This document shows, piece after piece, positions 27,659 through 37,061 of a stretch of 64,000 nucleotides of DNA (within the stretch, counting starts at the first letter, position 1; each line of letters opens with the position of its first letter). A program made the position numbers and the translations under genes. The stretch lies in NCBI GenBank assembly GCA_965222375.1, contig CBDCTZ010000009.1, positions 256,001 through 320,000 of the forward strand, in the 5' to 3' direction. The notes below the pieces were generated by a model. The model was not told the DNA's origin, did not search any database, and saw nothing but the letters and a program-made list of their open reading frames with translations. This stretch comes from Polyangiaceae bacterium (GTDB lineage Bacteria > Myxococcota_A > Polyangia > Polyangiales > Polyangiaceae).

Positions 27659-29569
27659 TCAGAGCTGCGACAGATCCAACAGATCCCGCGTGGCGTCGTG
27701 GTGCTCGGGTGCGCGGGGAAAGTGCAGGATCAGCTGACCGCCGCATCGGCCCAGGTGCTGGCGATTAACGGCGCCATGAGCGCCGCCAGCGCGATGCAAA
27801 GCCTCCAGGGCACGGGCCAAGTCGGCGCGATCTTCGGCGCTCAACGGGCCCGTGGGTTCTGCCGTATCAACGTCCTCGATCCACAGCACCTGGTCTTCGG
27901 CTTTGTACGAAAGCACTGAGGCCAGGCACGGATCGTCGGCCCGGGCGAACGCCAGTACACGCTCGAGCACACCGGCTTCTGCCCGCAGCATCAGGACGCT
28001 GCGCTCGAGAGTGATATCTCGATAGCGACCCCCCCCAACTTCTTGCAGCCTCAAGCCGGGTGTGGGTGGTCGTGGCGCTGTCAGTGCGGTGTCGGGGCGC
28101 GGCGGGGGCACGTCCGTCGGCCAGCTCACTGAGCGGAGCAGCTCGATGGCTTCCTGAGTGTCTTGGGGGCGCTGGGCCTCCGGCCCCGTCAACCGTTCGA
28201 CGATGGCCACGTGGTCCGCCGTGAACTCCCGGGAAAGCAGAGGCAAGTCGGCGTCTGGGGGAGCACCCGTGAGCGTGTGCACGAGTACAGCGCCCGCGCC
28301 ATAGACGTCGCTCTTCACGTTTGCGGGCGCGCCGCCTCGCTGCTCCGGCGCCATGTAGCCCAAGGTGCCGATTACGCCAGCAGTCACGGTGACCGCTGCG
28401 TCACTGACGTGGGCCGTGCCAAAGTCCGCGAGTCGTGCACCGCCAGCTTCATCGAAGAGCACGTTGGCAGGTTTGACGTCACGATGCAGGATGCCCCGGC
28501 GATGGGCCTCTCCAAGGGCACTGAGCACGGCGATGGTGATCTCTGCCGCTCGCGCAGGTGCCATGGGGCCGCGAGAGAGCACGTCCGACAGCGAGCCGCC
28601 GCTCATCCAGGGCAGCACGACGGCGGGGCCATCTGGCAGGTAGGCCAATAGTTCCAACACCGCTGGGTGGCGCAGACTGGAAAGCACCTCAGCTTCGCGT
28701 TCAAAACGCCGCAAGGCGTCCCGGCCGCTGTCACGTAGCGTGGAAATCGAGAAGATCTTCAGCGCCACGCGAGCGTTGGTGATTCGGTCCGTTGCTTCCA
28801 GCACGCGCGCCGTGGGCGTCCGCGCGACCTCCCGCACCACGCGATAGCGACCGAAGAGCACGGTTTCGAGCTCTGGCACGGTTTCTCTAGAGAGTGCCTC
28901 GGCAGCTGCAGCGATGCCCAATGTTTCTAGCTTGTGCTCCGCGCCGCGAATGGCTTCGCGCATCCCGAGCGCCTCGAAACAATGCGCCAACACACCAAGC
29001 GCTGGTCCGTACTCTGGCGCGGTGTCGGGAATGCTCTGCAAGTTGCGAACAGCCGCCCGAGCGCGACCGTGATCTGCGAGTAGCTTGCCCAAAGAGAGCC
29101 GTGCGGAATGCCGATCGGGACTCGCGCGCAGGAGCGCCTCGAGGCAGCGCGCTGCGTTGCGAGGATCTTCCGCGCTGGCATAAGCGTTTGCGGCGCTGGC
29201 CAGCTCTGCGGCGCTCTCGAAACAGCGTGCCGCGCTCTTGGGTTCGTCCAGGCCGAGCCACAAGCGCGCGGCGCTGGCGTGCTGGCCACGGGCCTCGACA
29301 TTGGCCGCCACGCGCTTGGCGCTTGCGGCGTCTTGGAGCAGGAGGGTCAAGGCTTGCGCTTCCAACTCCAAGCTTTGGCTCATCGCACTCAACTCGAAAG
29401 CCCGCGCGTAGTCCTCCGCCGCGAGGGACGACCGAGCTGCGTCTTCGAAAGCGCATGCGCGCTCGAATAGACCGCTAGCTCGCGCATGCAAGCCCAGCTG
29501 TTGGGCCAGGCGCGCGGCTTCCTCCAGCTGGTCCTCGCTCTCGAGGCGCTGAATTTCAGCTTCGGTCAC
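27659..29569 (-). CDS. Ser/Thr protein kinase with N-terminal TPR-like repeats
   Basis: VALK, HRDVKPANVL, DFG, GTLGYMAPE and SDVYG. Ala-rich helical repeats in the N-terminal ~220 aa. Confidence 0.88.
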   Translation of the reverse strand: MTEAEIQRLESEDQLEEAARLAQQLGLHARASGLFERACAFEDAARSSLAAEDYARAFELSAMSQSLELEAQALTLLLQDAASAKRVAANVEARGQHASAARLWLGLDEPKSAARCFESAAELASAANAYASAEDPRNAARCLEALLRASPDRHSARLSLGKLLADHGRARAAVRNLQSIPDTAPEYGPALGVLAHCFEALGMREAIRGAEHKLETLGIAAAAEALSRETVPELETVLFGRYRVVREVARTPTARVLEATDRITNARVALKIFSISTLRDSGRDALRRFEREAEVLSSLRHPAVLELLAYLPDGPAVVLPWMSGGSLSDVLSRGPMAPARAAEITIAVLSALGEAHRRGILHRDVKPANVLFDEAGGARLADFGTAHVSDAAVTVTAGVIGTLGYMAPEQRGGAPANVKSDVYGAGAVLVHTLTGAPPDADLPLLSREFTADHVAIVERLTGPEAQRPQDTQEAIELLRSVSWPTDVPPPRPDTALTAPRPPTPGLRLQEVGGGRYRDITLERSVLMLRAEAGVLERVLAFARADDPCLASVLSYKAEDQVLWIEDVDTAEPTGPLSAEDRADLARALEALHRAGGAHGAVNRQHLGRCGGQLILHFPRAPEHHDATRDLLDLSQL

Positions 29570-30420
29570 GGGTTGATCGTGACGGACGCGGACTGCTCGA
29601 AATCGAAGCGTAACTCGCCCAAGGCGAGGCCCGGGGCGGAAAACTCGGAGATGCGCATGCGGTGCAGAGCAACCCGAGCCGGCCCGGGAGGCAGGCTGCC
29701 CGCGGCAATGCTGGCGGCGCCCAGGTCATCCCGGAAGGTGCAGTGCGACGAGCTGCCGTCTTCGGTCACGACCTCGACCCACACGACGTCCCCGGGGGCG
29801 CCGACGCTCCAGGTCAGGTCCAAGGGTTCGGACGCCCTGAACTCGACGCTGTCACTCAAGGGCAAACCATTGACGGTGATGGCCGTGAGCTCACTCGGAG
29901 CACCTCGGGTCACCGAGATGCTTCCCAACTCCCCATCCACCTTCAACGTATAGTCACTGGCGGCGGGGAAGGGATCCGCATCTTGGTCGCGGGTGGTATA
30001 AACGATCCCCGACACGACGTCGGTGACCGTGGGGAAGGCATGGGGCGCGAGGGCTGTCGTGCCACCCGCCGCACTGACCCGGACGTCACCAGCTTGAATC
30101 AATTCGACGTGACCCCGATAGCTCGCAGGCGCCTCGGCACTCAACACGCATTGGCCGGCTGCTGGCACGGCGGTCTTCAGTCCGACGGACTCCAGCACGG
30201 CTCGGGCGTCGGCTTCGGCGGGAAGCTGAACGAAGGTTGCGAGTGCACCGGCACGCTCGCTGCCGTCCGCCGCGGTACTGCGCTCGATGGTCACGAGCGC
30301 ATGGGTCGAACCACTTTCCGCGTCCGCAGTGTAGGACTCGGTTTCGGCCGAACAGCCCAAGGCGGCAAGCACGCCCAGCAGGGCCGGGGCGCGGCTTTTC
30401 AAGCAAGAGGGGATGCGCAC
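29566..30420 (-). CDS. Hypothetical lipoprotein
   Basis: Lipobox LAALG-C, beta-rich body, and 4-nt overlap with the kinase gene. Confidence 0.72.
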   Translation of the reverse strand: MRIPSCLKSRAPALLGVLAALGCSAETESYTADAESGSTHALVTIERSTAADGSERAGALATFVQLPAEADARAVLESVGLKTAVPAAGQCVLSAEAPASYRGHVELIQAGDVRVSAAGGTTALAPHAFPTVTDVVSGIVYTTRDQDADPFPAASDYTLKVDGELGSISVTRGAPSELTAITVNGLPLSDSVEFRASEPLDLTWSVGAPGDVVWVEVVTEDGSSSHCTFRDDLGAASIAAGSLPPGPARVALHRMRISEFSAPGLALGELRFDFEQSASVTINP

Positions 30421-30476
30421 CGAGTAATGTTAAGTCGCGGGCGGCCAGTGGGCAAGCGTGCCCCAAATTTCCCCAA

Positions 30477-31355
30477 TTAAAACCGGGTGATGAGCGCGCC
30501 GGCGGGCGACACGATGGGAGCGGTCCACTCGGCGTTGGCAGCGCGGGAGGCCGCCTGGGGCTGGCCCGCGGCCGCGGGCGCGCCGGGGATCTTGACGGAC
30601 CCTTCGCCATGAAACAGTCCGACGCTCGCTTCCAACGCGACCCAGATCGGCGCGACGCCGATCATCATGCCCACCAGCCCACTGCCACCGAAACGCGTTG
30701 CGGACAGTTCGCCGATCCGCACCTCACTCGGGTCGGCAAATATCTGCAGCGGGACATCGCCGGAGCCCTGCTCGAAGTGCCCGCGGAGACCCCCGTAGAC
30801 TGAGATCAACCCGCCGGGGCTCCGGTAGCCGACGATAACAGGTAGGTCGACGCCAACGCCTGTTACCTCGCTAGTGTCGACGCCAGGCACGCTTCCTGAC
30901 CCTTCTTCGCCCTCCTGGCTGGTTCGAAAAAAACGCCGGCTCAGCCCCAGCCCGACGCTGAGCGCCAGAGGCCCATCAACGAACGCGTGGCGTGCATCCA
31001 CGCGAGCGCTGCGTCCGGTGTAAGTGAGCCCCGCGTCACTGTCGTAGCCGAGGCCCGCGCGGGCTCCGACCCATGGTGCCAGTCCAGGGGAGGTCATGGA
31101 TTCGGCGAGGGCGCCGGTCAAGATTTGATCTTCTCGTTCCTCAACAGCGGTGACGCCGCCAGCCGCCTCCACGTTTTTCGCGTCTTCGATCTGAGATTCC
31201 GCTTCTCCGAAGACGACGTTGTGACTGACGCCAGCGCCGAAACTGATCTGGTCCGGGGGCAGCGGATGCGCCGGGTGCAGCAGCGGCGTGCCTCCGCCGC
31301 ATCCCAGCGACAGGCCGCTCGCCCAAATTCCGGCCAGGACCGTCCACGCCCTCAC
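30477..31355 (-). CDS. Hypothetical lipoprotein or outer-membrane beta-barrel-like protein
   Basis: Lipobox LSLG-C, alternating amphipathic Gly-rich strands and terminal Phe (ITRF). Confidence 0.7.
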   Translation of the reverse strand: MRAWTVLAGIWASGLSLGCGGGTPLLHPAHPLPPDQISFGAGVSHNVVFGEAESQIEDAKNVEAAGGVTAVEEREDQILTGALAESMTSPGLAPWVGARAGLGYDSDAGLTYTGRSARVDARHAFVDGPLALSVGLGLSRRFFRTSQEGEEGSGSVPGVDTSEVTGVGVDLPVIVGYRSPGGLISVYGGLRGHFEQGSGDVPLQIFADPSEVRIGELSATRFGGSGLVGMMIGVAPIWVALEASVGLFHGEGSVKIPGAPAAAGQPQAASRAANAEWTAPIVSPAGALITRF

Positions 31356-31427
31356 TCCCGCCGATTTAGCAGTCCACAGCGCTTCCAGGGTGACATTTTC
31401 CCGCGGACGGCTAAAGTCCGCGACGCT

Positions 31428-32219
31428 TTGACTTGGTGGAAGGACCAGCGCTTCGCTTTGCTGCTCGCCCTCGCGGCCGTGGTGGGCGGATGCAAAGCGG
31501 AGATCGGCGACGAATGCTCCGTCAGCACGGACTGCTCCAACGCCGGCGATCGCCTCTGCGACACCACCCAGCCCGGCGGCTACTGCACTGTCTTCAACTG
31601 CGAGCCGGGTACCTGTCCCGAAGAGGCCATCTGCGTCTCTTTCAAGAACAGCCCCAGCTTGGTCTGTCCGGATCCGCAGAGCGGGGACCGCCTGCGCCGG
31701 ACATTTTGCATGCGCAGCTGCGAGGGCAACGACGATTGTCGTTCGGGCTATAAGTGCATCGACCTGGGCAAAGACAACCCCTGGAAAGCCACGGTTGCCG
31801 AGTACGGCGGCGTGAGTGGCAAGGTCTGCATCGTGCCCTTCAAAGGCGCGACCGCCAGCGGTGGTCCCGCCGATATTTGTTCGCCAGCCAAGGGTTGCAC
31901 GGCAGAGAGCTGCGCCGGCTGTTGCGACGCCCTTGGCTTTTGTCGCTCCGGGACCGAGGTCGATGCGTGTGGCAACGCGGGTGCTGCATGTAAGAACTGC
32001 TCCGGCGGCTCTTGTGTTGCTTTACCGACGCCACCCGGGGGCGCTTGCGTGGGCGGTACTGACGCCGGAAGCGACGCTACGGTCCCTGACGCCGGAGCGG
32101 ACGTGGCAAGCGACGCGAACTCGGACGCCGGAGATGCCGCTGCGGATGGCGGCGACGCGTCGACGGATGCGGCAGCGGACGCCGACGCGACCGTATCGGA
32201 CGCTGCTACGGACTCATGA
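31428..32219 (+). CDS. Cysteine-rich lipoprotein with an acidic DAG-rich tail
   Basis: Start reset to TTG 31428, giving lipobox AAVVGG-C. More than 20 Cys residues including CAGCCD...C...ACG..GAAC..C, and a D/A/G/S tail. Its stop overlaps the next ATG. Confidence 0.75.
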   Translation: MTWWKDQRFALLLALAAVVGGCKAEIGDECSVSTDCSNAGDRLCDTTQPGGYCTVFNCEPGTCPEEAICVSFKNSPSLVCPDPQSGDRLRRTFCMRSCEGNDDCRSGYKCIDLGKDNPWKATVAEYGGVSGKVCIVPFKGATASGGPADICSPAKGCTAESCAGCCDALGFCRSGTEVDACGNAGAACKNCSGGSCVALPTPPGGACVGGTDAGSDATVPDAGADVASDANSDAGDAAADGGDASTDAAADADATVSDAATDS

Positions 32220-33193
32220 CCGAGCCCAAGCGGCGGGACGCGACACGCGCCAGCCGCGTCGTGCCGGTCTTGCTGAGTGTGCTGGAACGCACCCTCGGTG
32301 CCGTTTTGGTGCTGCTCGTCCTGGGCAGCCTGGTCTTTCTCGCACTCCGCCTGTTGCCGGGAGATCCCGCGGCGCTCATCTTAGGAGATCAAGCGCCTGA
32401 AGCTGAACGCGCAGTGCTGCGCGCCCGACTGGGCCTCGACCGGCCCCTGCTGCATCAGTACGCCTCCTATCTGCGGGGTCTCGTCACGCTGGACTTGGGC
32501 GACTCTCTGGCCCGCCCGGGCACCACGGCCTTCGGGGAGGTTGGACGCGCCTTGGGGCCCACGGCGGCCCTTTCCGGACTCGCGGTGGGCCTCGGCGCAG
32601 TTGGGGGCATCGCCGCCGCCTTGCTCTCTGTTGGTCCCTGGCTGGGCGTGCGGCGCGAGTGGGCCCACCGCACCATCTTGGCTTTCGCCGCGACGCCCTT
32701 GATCGCCTTCGCCCCACTCTTCACCTACCTGTTCGCGGTGGAGCGAGCCTGGGTGCCCCTGCCAGGCGATCCCGACGCTGGCTTCGCGGGGCTGCTGTTC
32801 GCGTCGGGTTTGCTTTCGCTGCCCTTGGCAGCCCAGGTTGGGCGCATCGGTCGGGCAGCTCTGTTGGACCAAGCCCGCGCGAAGTTTCTAGATGTCGCTC
32901 GCGCCAAGGGTGCAACATCGGTTCGAATCTGGTTGGTGCATGCACTGCCCGCGGCGTTTGCTCCTATCGCAGTCGTGATCGCCACGCAACTCGGTGCGCT
33001 TCTCGGTGGTGCGGTCGTGCTGGAGCGCCTATTCGAACGCCACGGCCTCGGCACCCTGATGCTCAACGCCTACGCCGCCCGGGATATCCCGGTGCTCGAG
33101 GCTAGCGTCGTCGCTGCAGGCTTGCTGTTCGTGGTGGCACAAGCCGCCGCAGCGTTGGCGAGTGCCGCCCTCGATCCGAGGACCGCCGCGTGA
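32216..33193 (+). CDS. Peptide/nickel ABC transporter permease (DppB/OppB type)
   Basis: LLPGDPA, LGLDRPLLHQY, EAA-loop ARAKG and LLGGAVVLERLF...GLG. Confidence 0.9.
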   Translation: MTEPKRRDATRASRVVPVLLSVLERTLGAVLVLLVLGSLVFLALRLLPGDPAALILGDQAPEAERAVLRARLGLDRPLLHQYASYLRGLVTLDLGDSLARPGTTAFGEVGRALGPTAALSGLAVGLGAVGGIAAALLSVGPWLGVRREWAHRTILAFAATPLIAFAPLFTYLFAVERAWVPLPGDPDAGFAGLLFASGLLSLPLAAQVGRIGRAALLDQARAKFLDVARAKGATSVRIWLVHALPAAFAPIAVVIATQLGALLGGAVVLERLFERHGLGTLMLNAYAARDIPVLEASVVAAGLLFVVAQAAAALASAALDPRTAA

Positions 33194-34002
33194 GCGAGCG
33201 TAATGGCAAGCTGTCCGCCGCGTTCCGCGTGATTCCGGCTCTGCTCGTGGCCCTGACGGCATTGTGCTTCGTGATCGTATCGGCCCGTTCACCAACTCGG
33301 CTCAGCCTCGAGCTGGCATGGGCCTCGCCGGATGCGGCACGTCCTTTCGGTTCAGGAGACGCTGGCGTGGACTTGATGGCGTTGGTGTTCCACGCCACTT
33401 TCCGCGCTCTCGGCCTCGCCGCTGTCGTCGCTGCGTTCGGCTTTGTGGTCGGGACGCCCCTGGGGACCGCCGCGGGCCTTGCTGGAGGCAAGGGGCAGCG
33501 TTGGCTGCTTCGAGCCTGCGACTTGACCCAGTCCTTCCCCACGTTCCTGCTCGCGCTAGCGGTCCTCAGTGCCGTGTCCGTGCCGTCCCGCCTGCATATC
33601 GGCGCGGTATTCTGCCTCACCGTGTGGGCGCCCTTCGCCCGCATTGCCAGCGTGCAAGCGCGCGTGCTGGCCCAATCCCAGTTCGTCGAAGCCGCGCTAG
33701 CGCTTGGGGTGTCGCACTTCGTCATCATCCTCAAGCACGTCATGCCCAACCTGCTTGGCCCGGTCTCGATTCAGCTAGGCACGGCCGCCGCCGGGATCGT
33801 GATCGGAGAAACCGCGCTCGGCTTCGTGGGACTAGGCCCCCCGGACGGCGTCAGTCTTGGATCCATCATGGAACAAGGCGCACTATCCATGTTGCGCGCA
33901 CCTCACGTTCTCACGGTCGGCGCCATTGCGGTCATGCTGGTGAGTGGCAGCCTCCAGCTCGCCAGTGAAGGCGTGCGCCGCCTCATGGGCGCCGCGTCCT
34001 GA
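33190..34002 (+). CDS. Peptide/nickel ABC transporter permease (DppC/OppC type)
   Basis: PFGSGDAGVD, FVEAALALG...KHVMPN and ETALGFVGLG. Confidence 0.88.
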   Translation: MSERNGKLSAAFRVIPALLVALTALCFVIVSARSPTRLSLELAWASPDAARPFGSGDAGVDLMALVFHATFRALGLAAVVAAFGFVVGTPLGTAAGLAGGKGQRWLLRACDLTQSFPTFLLALAVLSAVSVPSRLHIGAVFCLTVWAPFARIASVQARVLAQSQFVEAALALGVSHFVIILKHVMPNLLGPVSIQLGTAAAGIVIGETALGFVGLGPPDGVSLGSIMEQGALSMLRAPHVLTVGAIAVMLVSGSLQLASEGVRRLMGAAS

Positions 34003-34048
34003 GCCGCCTGGCGCGCCGCTGTGTTTGGTCTCACGCCCTGACCGCAGC

Positions 34049-35521
34049 CTATTTGCCGGCGACGCGCTTCAGAGAACTGCTGGAGCCCCCCGGGGGCGGT
34101 TGGGTCGCCCGCGAGCTGCGGCCCGAGCGGACGAGCAAGCATGCATTGCGCACGGCACCTGCGAGCTCGGTGCGATCCCAAGGTTTGAGGATTCGAAAAT
34201 CAGCATGAGGCGTGTCCAAATCGACGCGTCCGGACACCACGATGCGACCCACCTGGGGATACTCCTCCGCAAGCAGCTCCATCAGCTCCGCGCCGCTCCC
34301 GTCGGAAAGGCTCAGATCCGTGACCACCGTCGACAGCGGCGATTCTAACTCCGCCGAGACGGCTGCCAGGGAGCCTACTCCGCTGACGTCGAAGCGTTCG
34401 CGCCGCAAATCCGCGACCAACGCCCTGCGCACTGCTGGATCGTCCTCGACCACCAGGATGCGATGTCGCTCGGGGCGAAAGGCGGGCAGCCACAAGAGGG
34501 CTCGCATGCCGCCTTCCCCCGTTTCCCGGGGGGTCAGGGTGACTTGGCCGGCGTGGTCCGCCACGATCTGTCGGGTGATGGCGAGGCCCAACCCCGTGCC
34601 CTGGCCCGGTGGCTTGGTGGTTGCGAAGGGTTCGAACATGCGCTCGAGGAGGTCATCTGGAACGCCGAGACCGTCGTCCTCCACAACGATGCTCACGCCA
34701 TCGTCACAACTCTCCACTCGAAGCCAGACGCGCTTGCCGCCCTCTGAAGCTGCGTCGACGGCATTGGACAGTAGGTTCAGCACCGCTTGAGAGACACGAG
34801 TCGCATCGTGGGGCACGGCTACGCTCGAAACGCTGCCAGGAAAAAGGGTGACATCTCGATCCCGAGCGCGAGGTCGCACCATGCGGAGCGCCACATCGAC
34901 GGCTTCACCAACGGAGTGGTCGCGCAGCTCCGGGCGTTCTCTGCGTGCGTAGCCGCAGATGTGTTGCACGAAGCCGCGAATGCGCGATGCAGCGAGCTGC
35001 ATGTCATCGCCGCACTCCGCCAGTTCCGGATCTCGGTGCCGGGACGCGGCCTCGGCGACGAGCTCTACCGCCGCGCAAATCACGCTCAAAGGGTTGTTGA
35101 TTTCGTGGGCCATGCTTGCGGACAGGCGACCGATGGCTACGAGGCGCTCGGAGTGCTCGAGTTGTCGCTGAAGCTTGACGCGGCGCTCTTCGGTGCGTGC
35201 GATCTCTCGCTCTCGACCGAGAAGGAGCGCTATTTCGCTGGCGTCGAAGGGCTTCGGGATGGTCGGAACCCCGGCGGGGGCCGAAGAGTCGGTCATCACG
35301 TGGACCCGGGTCCAGGGACGCTCCCGCAACACCTCGTCCTGCAACAACTCGTGATCGGTCACCTCCGTGTCCGTGACCAAGACCAACGGCGCTCCAGCGG
35401 AGACCCGGCTCCGCGCCGCGCCGACGGATGTCTCCCAGCTGACGGATTCGCCCGTGCGCTCCAATGCGAAACACAAGGCGCGTGCTGCCGCGTCGTCGGT
35501 GGTTACGACCAGAACACTCAC
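34049..35521 (-). CDS. Hybrid sensor histidine kinase (REC-HisKA-HATPase-REC)
   Basis: H-box MAHEINNPL, N-box NLLSNAVDA, DDGLG, FEPFATTK and GTGLGL. Receiver-like segments at both ends and no TM helix. Confidence 0.92.
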   Translation of the reverse strand: MSVLVVTTDDAAARALCFALERTGESVSWETSVGAARSRVSAGAPLVLVTDTEVTDHELLQDEVLRERPWTRVHVMTDSSAPAGVPTIPKPFDASEIALLLGREREIARTEERRVKLQRQLEHSERLVAIGRLSASMAHEINNPLSVICAAVELVAEAASRHRDPELAECGDDMQLAASRIRGFVQHICGYARRERPELRDHSVGEAVDVALRMVRPRARDRDVTLFPGSVSSVAVPHDATRVSQAVLNLLSNAVDAASEGGKRVWLRVESCDDGVSIVVEDDGLGVPDDLLERMFEPFATTKPPGQGTGLGLAITRQIVADHAGQVTLTPRETGEGGMRALLWLPAFRPERHRILVVEDDPAVRRALVADLRRERFDVSGVGSLAAVSAELESPLSTVVTDLSLSDGSGAELMELLAEEYPQVGRIVVSGRVDLDTPHADFRILKPWDRTELAGAVRNACLLVRSGRSSRATQPPPGGSSSSLKRVAGK

Positions 35522-36144
35522 TCTTCGCCGATCTCGTCGAGCTGTGCGCGCATCCTGTTGGCCCAGGGCTTGCGGTCACCATTGGGGAACCAGGACTCGA
35601 CCCGTGAAATGACTGCGAGCACGCGCGTGCGTTGGGATCCGGTCAGCGGTTCGGATTGCTCGCGATGACGCTTCAGCAGGCTCGCGAGAGAGTGCTCGAT
35701 GGCGGTGGCTGTTGGGTCGGTGGGAAAAGACCCTGCGGCATTGCTGAGACCTTCGATGAACTCGAGCAAGTCGACGTTGGTGCGAGTCGTGCCATCTTCG
35801 AAGGTGTCGAGCCGGCCTGTCTGAGCGCGACTCGTTTGCGTGGACGCTTTGCGGGACTGCACGTCCGAGTCCAGAACCTCCAACAAGTCCGTGCCCACCT
35901 TGATCAAATCCCCAGGGTGGAGCCCCCGAGAGCCATTGACACGCTCGCCGTTCACAAACGTGCCATTTCGGCTGCCTAGGTCATTGATGACCAAGCCCTC
36001 ATTGTCCGCCTTCAACGCGCAATGCTGGCGGGAGGCGAGTTCGTTGCTCAGGACGATCGTGCAGTAGGCACTACGGCCGATGACCGTTTCTTCCCGGCGT
36101 ACCGGGAAGTGCGTCCCTTTGAAACGAATCCAGTGCGCAGCCAC
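35518..36144 (-). CDS. FHA domain protein
   Basis: IGRS...ASRQH...DLGSRNGTFVNG...GDLIKVG. Start reset to GTG 36144; 4-nt overlap with the kinase. Confidence 0.88.
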   Translation of the reverse strand: MAAHWIRFKGTHFPVRREETVIGRSAYCTIVLSNELASRQHCALKADNEGLVINDLGSRNGTFVNGERVNGSRGLHPGDLIKVGTDLLEVLDSDVQSRKASTQTSRAQTGRLDTFEDGTTRTNVDLLEFIEGLSNAAGSFPTDPTATAIEHSLASLLKRHREQSEPLTGSQRTRVLAVISRVESWFPNGDRKPWANRMRAQLDEIGEE

Positions 36145-36157
36145 TTTCCCAATAAAG

Positions 36158-36187
36158 ATGTTAACGGTACTGGCCGCGAAACGTGAA
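36158..36187 (-). promoter_or_regulatory. Possible sigma70-type promoter for the FHA-HK operon
   Basis: Minus strand TTCACG-N18-TAACAT in a locally AT-rich stretch just upstream of the FHA start. Confidence 0.25.
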
Positions 36188-36274
36188 GTGCTGATTTTAC
36201 GCGGCTGCCCGACACCGTCGGACACGGCCTCACGTTTACCTACCCCCGAGAGCAATGTGTCAGTTTCATGACGC

Positions 36275-36919
36275 TCACGTCCACAGGGTGCGTAACGCGA
36301 CATCACCGTACGCTATTGCCACGTAGTACACGTAGAAGCGTGGAATTCGGAGCAAAGTCATTGGACCAAAAGCCCCGAACGGCACTCCGAAGATTCCAGC
36401 GAACCAGCAGGTGATGCTGAAAGGGATGGGGGTGATCGCCCCGAGGGCGACCGCCCATTTGCCATGGCGGGCCACCAGCGCTTTTGCGCGACGTCCCCTT
36501 CGGGAGAGCAACCGCGTCGCGAAAGCAGTGCTTCCCGCGTGTTTGCCGAAATAGAAGCCGGCGCAGCCCGCCGCTGCCGAACAACAACCCACCAGAAGAA
36601 TCACCCAGGGCCAACGCTCGTGCAGCTCGCTCTTGGCGATGACCACCAGTAGTGCATCGGGTGGGATGGGAGTAATCACCGAGTCGCTCAGAACCAAGAT
36701 CCCAATCAAGCCTGATAGGCCCAACGTGTCATGGACCCAGTGGGTGACCGCAAGCATCTGCGCCTCGTAGCGCAGGCTGCAGTACGCCACGATGCCGACC
36801 AAGAGTACCAGGGCGAGCACTCCCGTGAACAGACTCCGACGCACGTACGCCTGAAGCTCGGCATCAGAGTGCCTCTGATGCTCGGCCCCGTCCCGAGCAG
36901 GCGAGCTGTCCGAACTCAC
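36275..36919 (-). CDS. VTT/SNARE-associated (DedA/YqaA-like) membrane protein
   Basis: ITPIPPDALL, AGCAGFYFG, GAITPIPFS and RIPRF. Start approximate (GTG 36919). Confidence 0.8.
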   Translation of the reverse strand: MSSDSSPARDGAEHQRHSDAELQAYVRRSLFTGVLALVLLVGIVAYCSLRYEAQMLAVTHWVHDTLGLSGLIGILVLSDSVITPIPPDALLVVIAKSELHERWPWVILLVGCCSAAAGCAGFYFGKHAGSTAFATRLLSRRGRRAKALVARHGKWAVALGAITPIPFSITCWFAGIFGVPFGAFGPMTLLRIPRFYVYYVAIAYGDVALRTLWT

Positions 36920-37061
36920 GCGTGCAGACTGGTCTCTCGGCTCTCCCTCCGCAACTTGCCGGCTCCCACCGCCGGCTCCGCGCCGGATTCTCGCCCGCTG
37001 GCGCAAGGGCTGCGCGGGTTGTGGCTGAAGACCGGGCCAAACGCGATAGGCTGGCCATCCC

